NCBI GenBank assembly: GCA_002104905.1
Contig: MCFE01000062.1
Location: 128,484-192,483 of the forward strand
Source: Basidiobolus meristosporus CBS 931.73
Taxonomy: Eukaryota; Fungi; Basidiobolomycota
DNA length: 64,000 nucleotides
Direction: 5' to 3'
The notes under the pieces were generated by a model. That model did not search any database. It saw only the letters and a list, made by a program, of their open reading frames with translations, and was not told the DNA's origin. Below, one piece after another: positions 59,669-64,000 of the stretch (the first letter of the stretch is position 1; each line of letters begins with the position of its first letter). A program made the translations under genes and the position numbers.

Positions 59669-60840
59669 TTACTGAAAGGAATTCTTCAATTCCCGTAGAG
59701 TGGACATGGCCTCAATCGGGTTATTGGTTCCTACATGCTGTTGTATAGTTGACTCGCTGCGCAAACAATTAGACCGGTGTTGCGATTACGATGTTTTTGA
59801 ACTACTTACTGAACTCGCATGAAAGGATTATAGGCCATCTCTTCGCCAATAGTGCTTGGGACTGTAATTACATTGGATTGACACCATGCGACCTTGTTCT
59901 AAAATGGCTTAGCATCGAAACGGTTCAACAGTGAATGAACTTGCTACTTACCATTAAGGCAATATTATTAGGTTCCACAGAGAGTGCAAACTGCCAAACA
60001 AAAGGAGGATATGTGGGTATAGATTAGAGGGCAAATGCTAAGGGTTGTAATTACTTGAAGGTTGGTTCGCGTATATTCGTGGCCGCAAAAAACCTTGGTA
60101 TCCGGAGGTAAAGATGCTAAGATATTACATAGCGAGTTGTACATATCCTCCGCCGTTCCCTCGAAAAATTTCCCACAACCACCTTAGCATGAAAAGCAGT
60201 TAAGCAATACATTGGCTATTAGAGGATGTTATTTTACTTACCAACAAAAAGTGTATCCCCCGTAAATACCGCCTTTTCGCCTCCATCTTGAACGTAATAA
60301 GAAACACTTCCTTTGGTATGTCCAACTGTCAGAAATCCTCTGACCGTAAGCGAGCCAACCTTACCATAAACAAGGTCAATTTACGCAAATATCACTACAC
60401 TGAAGTACTACTAAGCCAACCTGGAATTCCTCATTATTCTTTACTACGTAGTTGATTTGTGGTATACGAGCATCCGCGCCATAGACTAAAAGCCCAGGCT
60501 TGATTGTCAACAGTTCTACATTTCCGCCAGCATGATCCCTATATATACAATATCAACATAAAGGCAAACGAAGTGAAAAGAGGATGCTAACCAAAAAGAA
60601 ATTACCAGTGGTGGTGAGTGGTAAATATGCTTTTGATGTTAACGCCAGCTTGTGCGGCTGCTTGAAGCACTTTGGCTGGTTCCGCCGGATCCACTGCTAC
60701 CGCTGTACAGTGTGAGTTAAATTCAGAAAGTTAGAATGTGCGTTGAAAGGTGATTTTATGTGTCTACCTTCGCCAGTTTTATCGTCTATTATCAAATATG
60801 CGTAGTTATCTTCTAAGACAGGGACAGGGATTACTCTCAT
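59669..60840 (-). CDS. GLO2: Hydroxyacylglutathione hydrolase (glyoxalase II, metallo-beta-lactamase fold), 8 exons
   Basis: Spliced product [24 protein letters not shown]|[16 protein letters not shown]|WDHAGGN..|[19 protein letters not shown]|[34 protein letters not shown]|FALSVEPNN..|..[18 protein letters not shown]|..[13 protein letters not shown]. Confidence 0.96.
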
Positions 60841-62744
60841 CTTTAAATAAACTTTTAAAAATATGCAGTAACTTTAAAAGAGGTCGGGTCGAATTATTTG
60901 CAAATCACAACTCAGGATTCCGGTTGTAAAGTATAGGTATCGTTCGTAATTTGAGAACTGGGTTTTAGAGTGAACAGTAAAGAATATTATACCAATGTTT
61001 GGCACAGTTGAGATTATGATGAAGAGTCAACCTGACTAAATCTCTAAGATATTCTCAAAGAATATTCACTTGTTAGAATAATATATAGTTTGTTGCAGTC
61101 TGTCTATACGAAAGTAGGCATAAATAATCTTTTAGAAAAATCAGATACTTTCTATGCATTCAAAAGATTTCAGAAATCATGGATTTTGGAAATCGTAGAA
61201 GTGAGCCTTTCTATGGACTTGCATAACTCGATAGTTTCTGTATGCCGGATTGGGTAACTTACTATTTCAGGGAAATCTCTTACATATCTATATCCCCTAA
61301 ATGGTAAGAAAAAGGCTTATTACCAATCAGTTCATACAAAAAGGTAAAGTAGGATCTATTTTAGTAATAGTTTAGTTCATATCAAACTATTTTACCAAAG
61401 CGCAAGGCGGACCGTCCTTTATAAATCATGGATGGGCGCATTACTGCCAGATGGGTCCCAAAACCTCGTCAATGGCCATATATGTGGAAACGTAGGCTGA
61501 AGTTGAATATTGTTTTAGGCAGAGAGAGAGAGAGTCACTTGAGCAAGATGGGAGAGCCAGTGATAGAAGTTGAGAATGTTCACGAGCAATCGCTTCCAAA
61601 TCTGATTTTATATACTAGATCCACCATTGGCAGCGGGCTGGAATTTTTTAACTGATCAGCTTAGGGTTAGGGTCAGCACAAAGTAAAATATACACCCCTG
61701 ACAACATTCTGATAGGTAAACTGTAACGTTTATCCGTAAGCTGCTTGACGAGCCACCATTCAAGGTAAGGTATGTAATTCTACTCTGAAAGATCAACACT
61801 AATAAGGAGGCCTCAACTGTAGTTGAATTAGATTTTAAGGGATTGCACAATGTGCTCTCTTGGTATAGTTAAAAATAACAGCACATTAATTCACGACGAA
61901 GTTTAACTAAGCTGTTAAATTTAGCAACACAATATTTTTAGATGGCGAGGGTTGAGCACCCAGCTTACAGGTATTATTAGCAGTAGCGATTGCTTTATCG
62001 AGGCTGAGGTTATTGTTGAGGTACTTTGCATATCGAACTGAAAAATATTTGTGTGCGCATTTCGCTTGTATCAATGCCTGTCGTTTGTGTAATATTGGTG
62101 AATGTAAACCGGCATGCGATGAACCTCCCAATAATCAAAGTAATGTGAATATGCAGGCTACTCGAGGTAGTTATGGAATCCAAACTTTCACGGCACACCT
62201 CTTGAGCAGACGGATGGAATTTCTCAAGTACATGAATTTAGTGCTCCTCAGAAATAAGCTTGCATCGACAGGAACAAACAGTCATCGTCAATAAGATCTT
62301 AACAATAGCAATCAATCTATTAAAACACTTGGGTTCGAAGGGTGAGAAGAATAGCTTCTTATTTGGCTGCGAATACAGGACAAACTGTACTCAGTGATGA
62401 TAAGGTGGCGTAGAGTTTCGAATTTCCTAAAATAAGCCTACAACTATTTGTAACGATTCTGTACGAGTTTCTATTAGTTTTCATGCTACAATTGTATCAA
62501 AAAAATTAAGATAGAGGGTAGAGTATTTTATATTTAGCCTAAAGCAACTCTGATTGGGACAACATCCCTCCCATGGCCCGTTGATTGGCTCGAAGATGTA
62601 GAAATGCAAAAGTGCAGTTTCAATGTCTTAATGATAGTGTGTAGTGAATTCTGTTTGAAGGATTAAATATACACCAATACGCTCAGATATATAAAGCACA
62701 GCATCTGCTTCGGGAGGTCTCAACAATGGCTTAAATACTCCAAA

Positions 62745-63666
62745 ATGAACCATCGTTTTTCTTTGTGGAGATTATTACTTCAACTGTTGATCTTAATAGG
62801 GATATATTTTGGTATTTGATTAATCCACGAGATCTAATGGATAATTATTGACATTTGTTTGTTGACTAGTCCTAGAGATCGATGGAGTATCACAAGCAGA
62901 AGGTATGTTGCCAGGTGAATGTAAAAGCAACTTTGTGCTAACTTCATCCCCATTAGCTCGCAGTTCCCATGCCTCTATAGTCACAGTGTTTACCACACTC
63001 CATACACCCGAATCAGTAATATCGGGTCATTTGACTAGGTCAGTGCAAAGTATTAAAGGTACTTTTGTTAGTGAACAGCAAACAGCCCCACAAAGTACAG
63101 CGCTGCTAGATAATGGAGCCTCCCAAACATATACTATATCGGCATCAAATCATGAAAAGGCATACCACCCAGCTCTATCTCAATCACAACCAAGCCCAGA
63201 ATCAGAGCTTCAATCCCAAGCCCAACCACAGCAGCAGGCAGAGCCATTGCCGCAACCTCAAGCACGAGCGAAATCACTGCCACAACAGCCTCAGCCCCAG
63301 CAGCCAGTACAACAACCTCAACCCCAACAACCTCAACCCCAACAACCTCAACCTCAACAACAACCTCAACAACAACCTCAACAACAGCCTCAACAACAGC
63401 CTCAACCACAGTCACAGCCGCAACCACAGCCTCGGCCACAGCCAGTTCAGCTGCCTCCCTACCAAACATATCCTCCCTATTATATTCCCCCTTATAACCC
63501 ATACTATCCGCCTTATATCAACCAACCAGGTGGCCAATACGCAGCAACCACGGCTACAGTGTATGTTTTAGTTTCACCCACACAAAAATCTGCTGGTAGC
63601 AAGATGGAATGTATGATGAAATCCTGGGCATTTGGGATAATCGCTCTCTACTTGATATATATCTGA
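62745..63666 (+). CDS. Secreted, probably GPI-anchored Gln/Pro-rich low-complexity protein, ~269 aa, 3 exons (62745-62811, 62870-62902, 62957-63666)
   Basis: Signal-like MNHRFSLWRLLLQLLILIGIYF; two phase-1 introns; PQQPQPQQ tract, PYYPPY tract; C-terminus QKSAGSKMECMMKSWAFGIIALYLIYI*; total 810 nt. Confidence 0.8.
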
Positions 63667-64000
63667 TAGGCTGTGGATGGTACAGGCCACGGCTTTGGAA
63701 TAAACTCCACACTATACCAACTATATTAATTGATCGAATCGCCCATAGTAACTCCTGATAATCCAGACGCAGTTGTACGCAACCATAATCCCAATGTAGC
63801 ATTTGACTTTACTCATAGCAGCCCACCACCCTGTCAATGAGCCTAAAAATGCGTGGAAATCCTCAGATGGGGTTATTTATGGCTAAATTGAGGAATACTC
63901 TCGTTGAGTCTGAACCCTCGTCACTGAAACTACCTAGTAGTCGATTATTCCCATGCTTGTTGAGTTGGGTGATAAATGTAATAGTCAGGATGGTGTTTAT

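Noticed and set aside
62325-62350. GGTTCGAA T-loop-like motif (possible tRNA)
   Set aside because: No acceptor, D or anticodon stems could be built around it.
63113-63571. Asn/Leu-rich (NNLN) + ORF and overlapping Val/Glu-rich - ORF (63134-63502)
   Set aside because: Alternative-frame and antisense readings of the CAA/CCT repeat encoding the Q/P tract.

Overview
Eukaryotic genomic DNA from an intron-rich fungus (short ~50-145 nt GT-AG introns, CTAAC/CTGAC-like branch points). An early-diverging lineage (Zoopagomycota/Mucoromycota-like) is my inference only. The window alternates sharply between CpG-stripped repeat islands (~1-14.0, 21.0-31.3, 41.4-45.7, 52.0-54.0 kb) and CpG-normal genic blocks. 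The islands hold nested, decayed elements: two Ty3/Gypsy remnants; a Ty5/copia-like family with a half-tRNA-iMet PBS (one near-full copy, two partial copies, at least 10 LTR copies in all); a CACTA-like (Transposase_21/tnp2) element with a divergently oriented second gene; and two MITEs sharing one TIR. I assembled these genes by hand: an intronless bacterial-type DAACS/SLC1 symporter with NLAGT in place of the canonical N(M/L)DGT motif; VPS60 (7 exons); a 7-exon zinc-knuckle/MADS-like protein; an F-box/LRR protein; an IDO-gamma-like indoleamine 2,3-dioxygenase with a mitochondrial-type presequence; a small 3-exon hypothetical gene; two signal-peptide/GPI low-complexity surface proteins; and glyoxalase II (8 exons, invisible in the ORF track). 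Several CpG-normal stretches look like stop-riddled gene remnants that I could not assign. I found no CRISPR, rRNA or tRNA. No single multi-gene novel system is demonstrable. The best leads are the divergent two-gene CACTA-like element, the DAACS transporter, the presequence-bearing IDO and the zinc-knuckle/MADS-like gene.
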